From IMG/VR virus record IMGVR_UViG_3300024264_000006, positions 1 through 64,000 of that record: a DNA stretch of 64,000 bases; one strand, written 5' to 3'. How positions within the stretch are numbered: the stretch's first letter is position 1; the number at the start of each line of letters is the position of its first letter. The DNA comes from a virus. This document shows, one piece after another, positions 8,715 through 19,529 of this stretch. Under the pieces are notes generated by a model that was given only the letters and a program-made list of their open reading frames with translations, did no database searches and was not told the DNA's origin. The position numbers were made by a program, and so were the translations under genes.

Positions 8715-11099
8715 TTAAGTATTTAAGAGAGTGCCATTCTCGTCATATATATCCACCACTCTACTTGCCATATGATTTAGCGCATTGACTATACTTGATG
8801 TTGCAGCTGAACTATCAAAGAAAGAAGCCAAATTAGAGAGTGATCCTATTCTAACGTCTAGCGTCCCGGCAGAATCTTGTAAGTCTTGCAAGTCACCCGC
8901 AACGGCATTCAATGCACGTACTACGTTGTCTCTTGAGTTACCTTGATATGTAGTCGCATCTAAACTACCCAATGTTCCGACTGCTGAGTCTAGATCGTTA
9001 ATCGCAGTTCTATTTGATGTAGACGTTGACCAACTATAGGGGTTGTCTACGTTGAATTGTACTGAAACACCAATACGTGCTTCATTAGAATCCATCTCAG
9101 ATTCTAGGGTAGTTACTCTCCCTTTGGTTGTCTGTAGTGAAGATACAGCAGAATCAAGTTCATCATGAACTTCGTTAATTGCACCACCCAAGTGACCGGA
9201 TGTTGTGTTTAGAGATGTACCCTGTATAATGTTTCCAACAAATGTTGCACTTGCAGCTGAATCAAATGTGACGTGATCCGCACTTCTGTTGCGAATTACT
9301 AGGTCACCACCACTGTTCTTAAGGGCACCATAAGTTGTACCACCGTCTTTCAGATATACAAAACCGCCATCTGCATCAAGACTAATGTTACCAGATACGT
9401 CAAGGGTCAGTGCACCAGTTCTGTTAATGGTTGTACCACCCATCGTGACGTTGCCACCTGTGGTTACTGTACCACCTGTGGTGACGTTCGCACCTGAGAA
9501 TGTCAGTGCAGTAGTCGTACCAGACTTAACGATCAGATTACCGGATGTATTGGTAAGAGAACCGTATGTGGTTCCCCCATCCTTAACGAACACGTCACCG
9601 CCGTCTGCATCAAGGACAATATCCCCAGCCGCATCTACCGTGTAAGTAGAAGGAGCGTCAATCTCATAACTTGCATCGTTACTAAGAGTGTGAGTTACCT
9701 CATCACTACCTGCTCCGTTCCTAAATCTAATTTGATTACCATCTGCATCCAATGTAATGTCACCAGACACATCAACTACAAAATCACCTGTACGTGAGAC
9801 TGTTCCATCTGTTTGGAAATGATAATCGGTAGTTCCACCGTCTTTAAAATATATGCCTCCACCGTCTGCATCTAGTGTAATATCTCCACTTACGTCAACA
9901 ATGAAGTCGCCGGTTCTGGAGATTGTGCCGTTGGTGTTGAATCTGTAGTCTTCTGTCCCACCATCCTGAATGATGACGTTACCACCATCCGCATCCAGTA
10001 TAATATTTGAACCAGCATCTACTTTAAAGTTTCTTACAGTGTTTACTGTGGCCGAATCAGCGTTTAATGTGTAGTCACTATCTACTGTGACTGTCTGGTT
10101 ACCATTGATATTTTCAATGTGGTTTCCACCAACTGAGTCGGTGAGGTTACCAGAGTGTTGAATTGTTGTTGTAGTGCCAAGACTGTACGTTACTCTTGTT
10201 GAACCAGCATCTTTAAAGGTGATGTTATCACCGGCTGCGTCGAGTACTATATCACCAGAAATGTCTAGTGTCAAGTTTCCTGTGCGAGAAATTGTACCGT
10301 TTGTTGCAAAGTTATAGTCAGTAGTGCCACCATCTTTGAATGTGACGTTACCGCCAGCTGCGTCGAGAATAATATCTCCGCCTGCGTCCACGGTGTAAGT
10401 AGAAGGTGCATCGATTTCGTATGTGGCATTGTCGTTAAGTGTGTGTGTTACCTCGTCACTGCCCGCACCGTTCCTAAATCTGATTTGGTTACCGTCTGCG
10501 TCAAGAGTAATATCACCCCCCGCATCGATCTCAAAATTACCACCAGCAGAATCACCAGTTACAATCTGACCCGCAACGGTCATGTCAAGAATAGTTGTTG
10601 TTCCTAAAGTAAGTTTTGCGTATTGGTCAGAGTCCTTTTTAAAGGTAACATCACCACCGTCTACGTTAATCTCAAGGTCAGCACCACCGTCAAATACGAA
10701 GTTAGGTGCACTGTTGATCTTCTTTGTGGATGCGTCGAATACTGCTTCAATCTCATTGATAGCATTCTTGATTGTATTCGCTTCAACATTCAGTGTGTCA
10801 GAGTCACCACCGATATATGCGTCGATAGCATTGATGGCTCCTGTAAGACCACTGTCCCGTACTGTGTTGATTGCATAGGAAAGGTAGTTAAGATCACTCT
10901 TAACATCACCACCGCCTGCACCGTGTAGGTCTGAGTCTAATTCGTTTAATGCACTTACTACGTCAGATGAGTCTGATCTTTGAGACGCACGTGTTGTTGT
11001 GGTCAATAAATCAGGGTCGCCTACGTTATTAGAGATAGTATTAACATTATCTCTGAAGATTTTAAACGAATCTGTTAAAGCTGTAATTGGACGTGCCAT
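8715..11099 (-). CDS. tail fibre-like structural protein with about 40-aa beta repeats
   Basis: repeated 'D.SGDI.LDADGG...FKDGGTT.Y'; duplicated 'NQIRFRNGAGSDEVTHTL...YEIDAPSTYTVDA'; coiled coil near C-terminus. Confidence 0.7.
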   Translation of the reverse strand: MARPITALTDSFKIFRDNVNTISNNVGDPDLLTTTTRASQRSDSSDVVSALNELDSDLHGAGGGDVKSDLNYLSYAINTVRDSGLTGAINAIDAYIGGDSDTLNVEANTIKNAINEIEAVFDASTKKINSAPNFVFDGGADLEINVDGGDVTFKKDSDQYAKLTLGTTTILDMTVAGQIVTGDSAGGNFEIDAGGDITLDADGNQIRFRNGAGSDEVTHTLNDNATYEIDAPSTYTVDAGGDIILDAAGGNVTFKDGGTTDYNFATNGTISRTGNLTLDISGDIVLDAAGDNITFKDAGSTRVTYSLGTTTTIQHSGNLTDSVGGNHIENINGNQTVTVDSDYTLNADSATVNTVRNFKVDAGSNIILDADGGNVIIQDGGTEDYRFNTNGTISRTGDFIVDVSGDITLDADGGGIYFKDGGTTDYHFQTDGTVSRTGDFVVDVSGDITLDADGNQIRFRNGAGSDEVTHTLSNDASYEIDAPSTYTVDAAGDIVLDADGGDVFVKDGGTTYGSLTNTSGNLIVKSGTTTALTFSGANVTTGGTVTTGGNVTMGGTTINRTGALTLDVSGNISLDADGGFVYLKDGGTTYGALKNSGGDLVIRNRSADHVTFDSAASATFVGNIIQGTSLNTTSGHLGGAINEVHDELDSAVSSLQTTKGRVTTLESEMDSNEARIGVSVQFNVDNPYSWSTSTSNRTAINDLDSAVGTLGSLDATTYQGNSRDNVVRALNAVAGDLQDLQDSAGTLDVRIGSLSNLASFFDSSAATSSIVNALNHMASRVVDIYDENGTLLNT

Positions 11100-11330
11100 T
11101 TATAATTTCTCTACTATTTGCGAAAGTAACCCTTTAATATCTGACATCTCTTTCTTAAGAGTATCTACTTCTTTTTCTAGAGATTCTTTCCTTTTCTGTT
11201 CTTCTTTCCAGAGACGTTTTCGTTCACGTGCTGCCTGAATCTCATCTTTATTTATATTGATAACAGGCCCATACTCTCCCGCACGTGCGAAATCATTTGA
11301 GCCTTCTAATGCTATATACTTCTTCTCCAT
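11100..11330 (-). CDS. small coiled-coil hypothetical protein
   Basis: 76-aa ORF abutting both neighbours; heptad C-terminus. Confidence 0.65.
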   Translation of the reverse strand: MEKKYIALEGSNDFARAGEYGPVININKDEIQAARERKRLWKEEQKRKESLEKEVDTLKKEMSDIKGLLSQIVEKL

Positions 11331-14300
11331 TAGATCGCCAATGCAATTGCTCTAAGGTCACGAATAATCGGAACCTTAGCACTGTTAGTTGACTCCATGA
11401 CGATCTTCAACTTAAATTTACGGAAGTCTGCAAGATCAGCACCATTCAAGTTGTTGATATCACCAAATCCACCAATAGTATATCGATATTCACGGAACTT
11501 ACTTGGGTTCGTGTCGGAAGGTAATACATTGTCCGAAGTTGCTAACACCCAAGCTTTAGCTTTAAGTCTATCTTCAGCTTCACCAGTCTTGTAGTAAACT
11601 TTAAAGTCGGCTTCGGGTGGTTTGTTTGCAGCAAGTATTACCTTGATGCCTTTTGCAGTCTCTTCCAATACCACTTCTTGTGTTATGTGTTTTGCCAAAC
11701 TAGAACCCGCAATTGTAGTTTCGGGGAAGTAAGTCAATGGCACATTGTATCCATCTGTAGATGCAGAATCCTGTTTATCGATCATGTTACCAATCATTGC
11801 CATACCGGCAGCCTGCATATCAATAACAGGAGATACTTTACTATCAGTTGTTGTCATAGACATCTGAATGATTGCAGATTTAGGATGACTGTAAGTCGCC
11901 AGTTCCGTTGACTCTTCATTCGGATTAATAATACATTTTGGGCCATTAAAGTAATTGTTCTTTTTATTCTGAATCAATGTGAACACATTGTCTTGTATGA
12001 ATCTACCAGATGAACTATCTACCAACGAAGAGTTCGAAGTGAACTTCGCTGACATGGTGATATTCGTAGTAGGCACTTTCATGGTCTGAACCGTAGGCCA
12101 AACCAAATCGAATGTTGGGTTCATACTACCACTACACTTACCACCACCGAATCTTCCTGCTTTGTCAAAGGCAGAATCCGCAAGGAATTGATACGCTGTA
12201 CCATCTACGGAAGTAACCTGTCGATTACCCGTGATACTTGATCCAAGAACACCGTTGTATCTTGTGGCAGCACCAAGACCAGCAATAGTTGTGATATCAC
12301 CTTGACGTAAACCATGACCTCTATTAATAACAGTTACAGTCTTAGCTTTGTTACCACCAGCATCAATGTAATCTTGAGGTACTGCAAATGGATTCTTGGT
12401 CAATACCGTAGGATCAACATTTACATTTTCCAGTAAAGCATTACCAGAAGTATTAAAGTCACATCTGAATAATTGATATGCCAAATCTTCTGTCTGAGAA
12501 GGTTCCCATAACAGAGAGTTTTGAGATTTAAACAATGACCCCAAAGTTGGTTGTTCAGCGATACGTTTCTCTGTAGAACCAAGTACAAAGTCTTCAACAC
12601 GAGAAATGTACGTTCTGTACTTCATAGACTGTGACTGTAGAACAATAGCATACTCGTGTGAATGGGCCAAGTAGATTGGTTCATCAAACTCAAAGTCTGT
12701 ACCATTGGCCAACATCTCTTCGATTGTAGGATCACTGTATGTATCCTCAATGGCAGTTACTTGCGCTTGTTGAACAATCGTTACTCCGCCTGGAACAATA
12801 CCTGTTGAATGAGGTACACCATTTACCGTAGGTCTAATCTGACACATTACAGGAAGACCTGTATCATCCTTACTCGCAAAGAACACACGTACTTTTTTAA
12901 CGAATACACCATTCGGATCATCTAAACCAACTTGGAAAGTTTGTGCAAGTGGGTCAGAATATACACCAATCGTAGTAGTGATTGTCTGAGAATCAACAAC
13001 CTCAGAGTTTGTTTCTGTTCCAACAACAGTTTCAGTTGAGGTAGTTTCCGTCTGAACGTCTGTAGCAGTTTCTTCAGTGACGGCCACATCTGTACTTGTT
13101 GTAAATGTACTTCTAGTATCTGTATCCTCTCTTGTCGATGCACTACCACTAACTTCTAAGATACGTGTACTGTGTACAATATCTTGCACAGGTTCAATGA
13201 AACCCGTTGAAGTGAATTGTGTAGTAGCAAATGACAAGGCCTCATCTTTATTCGGAACACTGATATCACACAGTAAAAACTCTCTTTGACCTGTCGGGAA
13301 ACGCATTGCTGAGTTGTTTGGTATTTCAAACTCACCCAGAATATTTCCGCTTGTATCAGAAATAAGATTTGCGTTTGCAGGCGTCTGTTCACTGTGTGTT
13401 ACAGCTGGTGTGAGACCAGCCGTTCTTGTCTCTGGGTCTCTATCCGAATGTCTTTTAAACACTCCTGTAGAAATACAGTAAGCACTAACATCAGTATTAG
13501 AAAAGAATGGGAAGTATCTTGTAGATGGACGAAGACCATCAGCTTTGAATGATACTTTTCTAGAACGCATCCAAGGGATGGAAATCAAATCGAATACACG
13601 TTGACCCACAATTTCACGCACAGTGTGTTCACCCGAAATTCTATTAACCGTTGTGGTTGTAGAAGTATTCGTTGTGATCTGTGTTTCTGTTTGGAACTCA
13701 GTCTCGGTTGTAGTAGTTGTAGTTTGAGCTAAAGTTGTAGTATCAATAGTCTCAGTAGTTTCACGTGTTTCTGTGGTTGTGGTCTGAATTGTATCTATTG
13801 TACCCACAGTAATAGTAGCACCACCACGGCGGCCTCCACGCATACCACCCGTCATTGGATTCTCATCTGCCCAAACGTCAGCAATAAGACCAAGTTGATC
13901 AGGGTCGGTAATTGTTACGCCACCAAAGGTACTCGTGAATTCTTCATGAGTTTCTTGAGAGACGATATCTGTCTGTGTACCCAAAGATGTTGTATCTGAG
14001 GTTGTACCTGTTACAGTCCAATCTGTTTGGTCTACGGTTGTAGTTTGTCCAGTGATCGAAGGTTCAAGAGTGTTACTTGTTTGAGATGTAGATGTACCAG
14101 TTACTTGACCTTGTGAAGCACCAACTTCTAAGTCATCAAGAGATACACCACCCCAATCCCACTCATGGTTGTTCCAGTTGACAGCATTAGATGTGTCAAG
14201 AACTGTTGGTTGGTCGATAATTTCTGGGGCTCTAACATCGGTCTCTTTCCAGTAATCGGAAGCAGGAGACATAGTAACATAACCCACAATCTTTTCAATG

Positions 14301-17062
14301 AAGAATGGGTTTAGGTTTTCTGTTCTAGAAGCAGTATTCTGTTGTTGATAAGGAACCACTGTATAGTCTAGGGTAATTAAATCCCCCGACTTTTTAACAT
14401 TCAGTTGACCCGCATTTGCAGAATCAAATCTAAGGTCGATTGCTGTTTCTTTCTTGCCCGGTCTTAATATTTTCTTCTGGGGATCAATCGTCGCACGATA
14501 TTCAACGCTTCTAATATCTGAGAAAGCATGGTTTGCAAAGTTGTCCACAAAGAAACCGGACTTAGTTCTATCTGCACCCGCAGAGTCCAAAGCTTTCAGT
14601 GATTGTGTTTTTAGTTCCAACATAGACAGAGTGGCCATTTCTTCCACTTTGTCAAGTTTGGTTTCGATCTTGTTGATGTCCGCCATCGTATATCCTTTCA
14701 AAGGAAGGAGACGAGCTTTCATATCTTTTGTATGAAGAGTAAACGGATTCAATTCATATTTGTACAGATCAATACAGTCTGTAGGTGTGTCGGGAAATGT
14801 AGGTGTAATTGATGCAGTACCTTGTAAGTATCTCAACTCACCCAAATTTGACAACACAAGTTTGTCTTTACGAGGCAGATAGAATTCTGCATCCATCTCA
14901 ACCGTGTCTGTAGGTTGAGGGAGTTCGTTTACAACAGTAAAGGAACCCGAACCGTTAGTAGCGGGACGGAAGTCCAACACGTCACGGAGAGATACCAAAC
15001 GTCCATTCTCCATTTTGTGTGCTGGGACATCTACGTAGTCAACCTGTCCTGTATAGGAATTGATTGCAAAGAAGTCGCCTGTACCATGTGAGAAGTACTT
15101 GAATCTAGCGAAGATCGTTGTACCATTACCACCAGCGGAGTCTGTGCTTGGTTGGCCAACACCTTTCCAGATAAGTTTACCATCATCATAGTGAGTATCA
15201 CGATGGCCTGTATCCAGTTTAAAATCTGTGAATATGTTATTTCCATCGGAGTCGTTGATTCGGACTCTGTTCAGAGAGAAAATGTCTGACTTACCAAGAG
15301 CAAGATACTTAACACCGTCACCATCTGAATCTAGTCTACCACTAACTGTGGCTTCTGTCAAGGTTTTAGGTCTAATTTTTGCAAGACCTTTTTTGACATA
15401 TGCGAGAATTTCTACCGCAGTACTGGCGGGTAGACCGGAAAGAGTGGCAGAAGTTGCGCCACCTGTTAAACTTGTTGTCACTGAACCTAAGAAACCATCG
15501 GCTGCAGATGCAAAAATCCAATCGCCTGTATTCTCAAAGGTTTCACCTGAAGTTGTTAGTGTGATAGTAAGTTCACCACCAGATGTCGCAGTCCCACTAA
15601 ACCTTCGTTGCGAGGACAATGAAACACTACTAAAATTCTTAGGTCTAGGAATAGGAGAATCAAATAATAGAGTTTTCTTCTTAGTCTCACGCAGTGTTGT
15701 ATTATTACTAAAATCGATGTTATAGTAATTCGATGTACTTGTACCTACGGAACGTACATTTCTCAAACTGTATGAGTTATTAGTAATCGTCACATCGAAC
15801 ACATGAAGTCGATATTGATTGTTCTGGAATTCTGAGATAGCACGAACCCTACATGTACCAATAGAGTTTTGTCCACCAGCAGTTCTGTACAGTTGTACTT
15901 CTTCACAATCATCAAAATTCAACATTCCCTTAGCGCCCAATGTATCGGATACTAGGAAATAGTTTCCGTAGTCGGCAAGAATACCTTGATTGTCAATTGT
16001 GGTTGTTTCTTGTGCACGCTTTACAACAATAGGTGTTGTTGAGGTTTTTTCGATTCGGAAACCGTCGATGTAAGCAAGGCCAGGATCAACTTCCAATTTA
16101 AAAGTCGTATCGTTATTAGGTAAGAATCTTGTCTTGAAATATTTTTTAATGAAGTTACCATGAATCTCACGGATACGTGTTGCTACGTGGTTACCGATTT
16201 CATTATATCCTTCAGAAGATAGTACCTTGTTGACTTCTTTTCCATCCACAATCTTAGAGTATGGGACATGGTTCTCATCCGAGTCTAGGTCTTCCAACTT
16301 AGATAGTGTTAGACGAATTCTGTATCTGTCTGCGCCAGGCGATGATCTGTTAGGTGTCGCCCCTTGGTTATCAAAGAGAGCATCGTCATCGGAAGAAGTA
16401 ACAATATCTTCTGTTACTTTGAAAACAATCTCACCACTATAGTTCTGATTGTACTTGGAGAGATAGATTGTTTGTGCCGGTGAGAATACAAATCGACCAA
16501 CAGCAAAGAATGAACCTTCACCAGTCTGATATGAAAGTCCTTGTCCTGTGGCAGGGTTAGATGAACTGTTTTCTTGTTGTACATCAAATGTATACGTACT
16601 GCCGTTAATAGTACCCGACAAGGTTTCATTCGCAGTTACACGAAGGGCTGTTTCTCCAGCCTGCGCTTGAGGTGTTTCTAGATAAGTGACGTAAAGTGTT
16701 TCGGGGTCAGTTGCAGTCGCAGCAAGTTTATCATCAACACGGATTTTAATTCCACTAGTCTGACCAACAAAAACATTATCAATAATATCTACGTTTGATG
16801 GTAGTGGGGTACTTACTTTAATTTTAATAAATTCAAGTTTCTTATTGAAAGATGAAGCAGAGTTATTTACGGGCGCACCGTCTTTGAAGACGTTCTGTCC
16901 TAGACGTGTGATCTCTTTCTGAACAATCGTTTGGAGTTGAGTTAACTCACGGGCCTGTAGAGCACGTCCACTGTTAAACAGGATGCGATGATATCCATCA
17001 CTGTCAGCGTGATCGTCCTTGTATGTAGTATTAAATACTTGTTTATTAAAAATCTTTGTCAT
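11330..17062 (-). CDS. large virion structural protein (DUF4815/VrlC-like)
   Basis: 'YKDD...YHRILFNSGRALQARELTQLQT', 'PGADRYRI', 'KSGFFVDNF', 'DPLAQTF', 'GSLFKSQN', 'P.IRDLRAIAL'. Confidence 0.85.
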   Translation of the reverse strand: MTKIFNKQVFNTTYKDDHADSDGYHRILFNSGRALQARELTQLQTIVQKEITRLGQNVFKDGAPVNNSASSFNKKLEFIKIKVSTPLPSNVDIIDNVFVGQTSGIKIRVDDKLAATATDPETLYVTYLETPQAQAGETALRVTANETLSGTINGSTYTFDVQQENSSSNPATGQGLSYQTGEGSFFAVGRFVFSPAQTIYLSKYNQNYSGEIVFKVTEDIVTSSDDDALFDNQGATPNRSSPGADRYRIRLTLSKLEDLDSDENHVPYSKIVDGKEVNKVLSSEGYNEIGNHVATRIREIHGNFIKKYFKTRFLPNNDTTFKLEVDPGLAYIDGFRIEKTSTTPIVVKRAQETTTIDNQGILADYGNYFLVSDTLGAKGMLNFDDCEEVQLYRTAGGQNSIGTCRVRAISEFQNNQYRLHVFDVTITNNSYSLRNVRSVGTSTSNYYNIDFSNNTTLRETKKKTLLFDSPIPRPKNFSSVSLSSQRRFSGTATSGGELTITLTTSGETFENTGDWIFASAADGFLGSVTTSLTGGATSATLSGLPASTAVEILAYVKKGLAKIRPKTLTEATVSGRLDSDGDGVKYLALGKSDIFSLNRVRINDSDGNNIFTDFKLDTGHRDTHYDDGKLIWKGVGQPSTDSAGGNGTTIFARFKYFSHGTGDFFAINSYTGQVDYVDVPAHKMENGRLVSLRDVLDFRPATNGSGSFTVVNELPQPTDTVEMDAEFYLPRKDKLVLSNLGELRYLQGTASITPTFPDTPTDCIDLYKYELNPFTLHTKDMKARLLPLKGYTMADINKIETKLDKVEEMATLSMLELKTQSLKALDSAGADRTKSGFFVDNFANHAFSDIRSVEYRATIDPQKKILRPGKKETAIDLRFDSANAGQLNVKKSGDLITLDYTVVPYQQQNTASRTENLNPFFIEKIVGYVTMSPASDYWKETDVRAPEIIDQPTVLDTSNAVNWNNHEWDWGGVSLDDLEVGASQGQVTGTSTSQTSNTLEPSITGQTTTVDQTDWTVTGTTSDTTSLGTQTDIVSQETHEEFTSTFGGVTITDPDQLGLIADVWADENPMTGGMRGGRRGGATITVGTIDTIQTTTTETRETTETIDTTTLAQTTTTTTETEFQTETQITTNTSTTTTVNRISGEHTVREIVGQRVFDLISIPWMRSRKVSFKADGLRPSTRYFPFFSNTDVSAYCISTGVFKRHSDRDPETRTAGLTPAVTHSEQTPANANLISDTSGNILGEFEIPNNSAMRFPTGQREFLLCDISVPNKDEALSFATTQFTSTGFIEPVQDIVHSTRILEVSGSASTREDTDTRSTFTTSTDVAVTEETATDVQTETTSTETVVGTETNSEVVDSQTITTTIGVYSDPLAQTFQVGLDDPNGVFVKKVRVFFASKDDTGLPVMCQIRPTVNGVPHSTGIVPGGVTIVQQAQVTAIEDTYSDPTIEEMLANGTDFEFDEPIYLAHSHEYAIVLQSQSMKYRTYISRVEDFVLGSTEKRIAEQPTLGSLFKSQNSLLWEPSQTEDLAYQLFRCDFNTSGNALLENVNVDPTVLTKNPFAVPQDYIDAGGNKAKTVTVINRGHGLRQGDITTIAGLGAATRYNGVLGSSITGNRQVTSVDGTAYQFLADSAFDKAGRFGGGKCSGSMNPTFDLVWPTVQTMKVPTTNITMSAKFTSNSSLVDSSSGRFIQDNVFTLIQNKKNNYFNGPKCIINPNEESTELATYSHPKSAIIQMSMTTTDSKVSPVIDMQAAGMAMIGNMIDKQDSASTDGYNVPLTYFPETTIAGSSLAKHITQEVVLEETAKGIKVILAANKPPEADFKVYYKTGEAEDRLKAKAWVLATSDNVLPSDTNPSKFREYRYTIGGFGDINNLNGADLADFRKFKLKIVMESTNSAKVPIIRDLRAIALAI

Positions 17063-17073
17063 TTTCTACAACC

Positions 17074-18471
17074 TTAGAGTTGAATTACAATTTTGATATC
17101 TTCGGTCTGATCTGTTGACCTTTCAACAGCAGCACGATTATCAATATATAGAAGTTCTCCAGACAACGGATCAAATTCACCTTTAATGGTGTTTGATACT
17201 GTTGCAGTAGTTGAACCACCACCTTCGACAATACTGATCGTTTCGCCATTCTGGAATGATCCATATCCCGTATAGTCTGATTGGTGAAAGAAGATTCCAC
17301 TAGAATCCACGTCATCAATAAAAGCTTTAACACCAGAAGTAGCACCTTGTACAACAAGATCATCTACGAATGGGCCATCGTTAACTGAAGTCAATGTTAG
17401 TTTAGATAACCCTAATCCAGTTTCTTGAGTAAACACAGCTGAACTATCTTGAATCAACAGATTCTTCAACAACACTACCTGTCTGAATTGTTGATCTACA
17501 AGAAAGTCGCCATTCTCAATACCCGTTGGTTTTGTGTTAAACATAATAGCACCAGACTTAAGTTCGTCTCGTGGGTCTGCACCAACACCATTGGTTGGGC
17601 CAATAATTGCCCGAATTTCAGCAGAGTCTCCGCCTCCACCACTAATACTAACACTTGCTCTGGTATAACCCGCTCCAAATGCAATACTATTATCTGAACT
17701 ATCTTTTACAGTAACTTTGGTGATTGCACCACCGACAACAGTAGGAACTGCTTTTGCGTTTGTACCGTCACCAACAATTTCTAGAGTTGGGGGTGATGTA
17801 TATCCAGTTCCACCATTTACCACTGCATAACCCAGAATTTGGCCAGACACAGAATTTTGTTGAACTAACTGTTGTTCCACATCTTCCGCTGGAGAGTCTG
17901 AGTCAACTCCGATCTCATCTGCAAGAAGAGTAGCACCAGCACTATCCTGTACTTTTGCGACAGGAATGTATGCGGTAGAAATAAACTTGGAGGCTTTCAA
18001 TGCACCGATAGAGTACAGGAACTTCCACATATACCCGTCAGCCGTACGGAATGCGTCTCCTGTTGTATTACCAGTAGGTTGAACCGTTGATGCGACTACT
18101 TGAGGTGGGTTTGCATTAGTCTTACCCTGTTGTAGACACATATAAATTTGTTGGTTTGAATTCATAACATAGTATGCATTCGTAGGATATCCGGATTGTG
18201 CATCGTCATATGCAGAATAGATAGCACCAGATGTCCAGTTGTAACGTGGTACAACAAACGTTTGGTCAGTGATATTCTTAATAGACTGCATACCCAGACG
18301 TGCAAGTCTCTGTTCCCTTAGAGAGTTGGTGGGGTTTGGTGCAAGATCAGAATCATTCCAGTCTTCTGATTTACCAATACCCGCATAATAAAAATTATCA
18401 GAATCTTTGATATCTACAAGGATATCTCTGATCGAATTCTTTCTTTGTCTGTCAAAAACTACGGCTGTCAT
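17074..18471 (-). CDS. gp8: baseplate wedge subunit gp8
   Basis: 'VVPRYNWTSG.IY','YYVMNS..IYMCL','DGYMWKFLY','SGELLYIDNR...EDIKIVIQL'. Confidence 0.88.
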   Translation of the reverse strand: MTAVVFDRQRKNSIRDILVDIKDSDNFYYAGIGKSEDWNDSDLAPNPTNSLREQRLARLGMQSIKNITDQTFVVPRYNWTSGAIYSAYDDAQSGYPTNAYYVMNSNQQIYMCLQQGKTNANPPQVVASTVQPTGNTTGDAFRTADGYMWKFLYSIGALKASKFISTAYIPVAKVQDSAGATLLADEIGVDSDSPAEDVEQQLVQQNSVSGQILGYAVVNGGTGYTSPPTLEIVGDGTNAKAVPTVVGGAITKVTVKDSSDNSIAFGAGYTRASVSISGGGGDSAEIRAIIGPTNGVGADPRDELKSGAIMFNTKPTGIENGDFLVDQQFRQVVLLKNLLIQDSSAVFTQETGLGLSKLTLTSVNDGPFVDDLVVQGATSGVKAFIDDVDSSGIFFHQSDYTGYGSFQNGETISIVEGGGSTTATVSNTIKGEFDPLSGELLYIDNRAAVERSTDQTEDIKIVIQL

Positions 18472-18484
18472 TTTTTTATCCTAT

Positions 18485-19489
18485 TTAACTTAATATTGCA
18501 CCGGCGGAATCTATACCAGTATTTATTATGATCCATTCAGTGTTATCCCAAATACACGTAGCAGATTGATTTACCGCAAGAGTTATAGTTGAGAAATTCT
18601 GTAGATTCGATGGTGTGATTGTCGCAGTACCACTATTCTGATTTACTAAGTATTTAATAATACCTCTTTCCGATCCATCAGGCATTCCAATAGTTATTGA
18701 ACTACCTGAGTTGAAAAATGTAAGAGGTTTGTCAATATCAACATCTCCATTAGATGTCATGATTTGATAAGAAAGTTTTAGTCTACTCTGAATTTCAACA
18801 CCACCAGTTCCTTTTGCTTTCAAACCAAGGTCGATGTCATTATCTGTACCCACAGCTTCTATAACAGGTGTGTTGTTATTTGAAGCGTTGGTTAACTTAA
18901 AATGATTTACTGCACCAGCTGTTGAAACAAATTCAAATATCTGGTTACCATCACTGTCTTGCAACTCTGTTCCAATCTTAGGATTGTTCAACATAGGTGC
19001 GTTGATGGTTTTGTTGTTTAGTGTTTGTATTGCATCATTGAAAGTAAACTCGTCGGAGTCAGTCAATAAAGGTAGGTTGATATTTCTATCACCAGTTACC
19101 TTAGCTGCAATTAGACTGTATTGAAACAATGCGCCTTCACTATCCATGAGTTCTGGTTGTACCAAAGAACTTGTGAGTACAATCTTGTTGGCCATTGTTT
19201 GTGTTGCAGAATCAACAATAACATCCCCAGTGTAGTCGGGGAATAAAATAGTTCTGTCAGCTGTCGGTTCATTGACACCGATAAATGTCTCATTAGTGTC
19301 GTTAAGTCTTCCTTCGAAAATAATACGATCACTATCAAAAGATATCAAAGGCATCAAGACAGTACTATCCCCACCAAGTTTCTGATAGATTTCTTGGAAG
19401 TTTTGTTCTATCTTGAGACCAGCACCACGGAGAGTATCACCCGTTCCGTCATTTGCTGTTGTGCCTCTGTTAAGTATCTGTCGTGTCAT
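18485..19489 (-). CDS. baseplate wedge/tail-fibre connector, gp9/gp10-like N-terminus
   Basis: 'GTTANDGTGDTLRGAGLKI..NF.EIY' motif. Confidence 0.75.
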   Translation of the reverse strand: MTRQILNRGTTANDGTGDTLRGAGLKIEQNFQEIYQKLGGDSTVLMPLISFDSDRIIFEGRLNDTNETFIGVNEPTADRTILFPDYTGDVIVDSATQTMANKIVLTSSLVQPELMDSEGALFQYSLIAAKVTGDRNINLPLLTDSDEFTFNDAIQTLNNKTINAPMLNNPKIGTELQDSDGNQIFEFVSTAGAVNHFKLTNASNNNTPVIEAVGTDNDIDLGLKAKGTGGVEIQSRLKLSYQIMTSNGDVDIDKPLTFFNSGSSITIGMPDGSERGIIKYLVNQNSGTATITPSNLQNFSTITLAVNQSATCIWDNTEWIIINTGIDSAGAILS

Positions 19490-19516
19490 TTTAGTTTTCC
19501 TAAAAACTTATAGTTC

Positions 19517-19524
19517 TATTTATA
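19517..19524 (-). promoter_or_regulatory. T4-type late promoter TATAAATA
   Basis: exact consensus; context GTATAAATAGAACTA is identical to the 22880 site. Confidence 0.8.
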
Positions 19525-19529
19525 CAACT

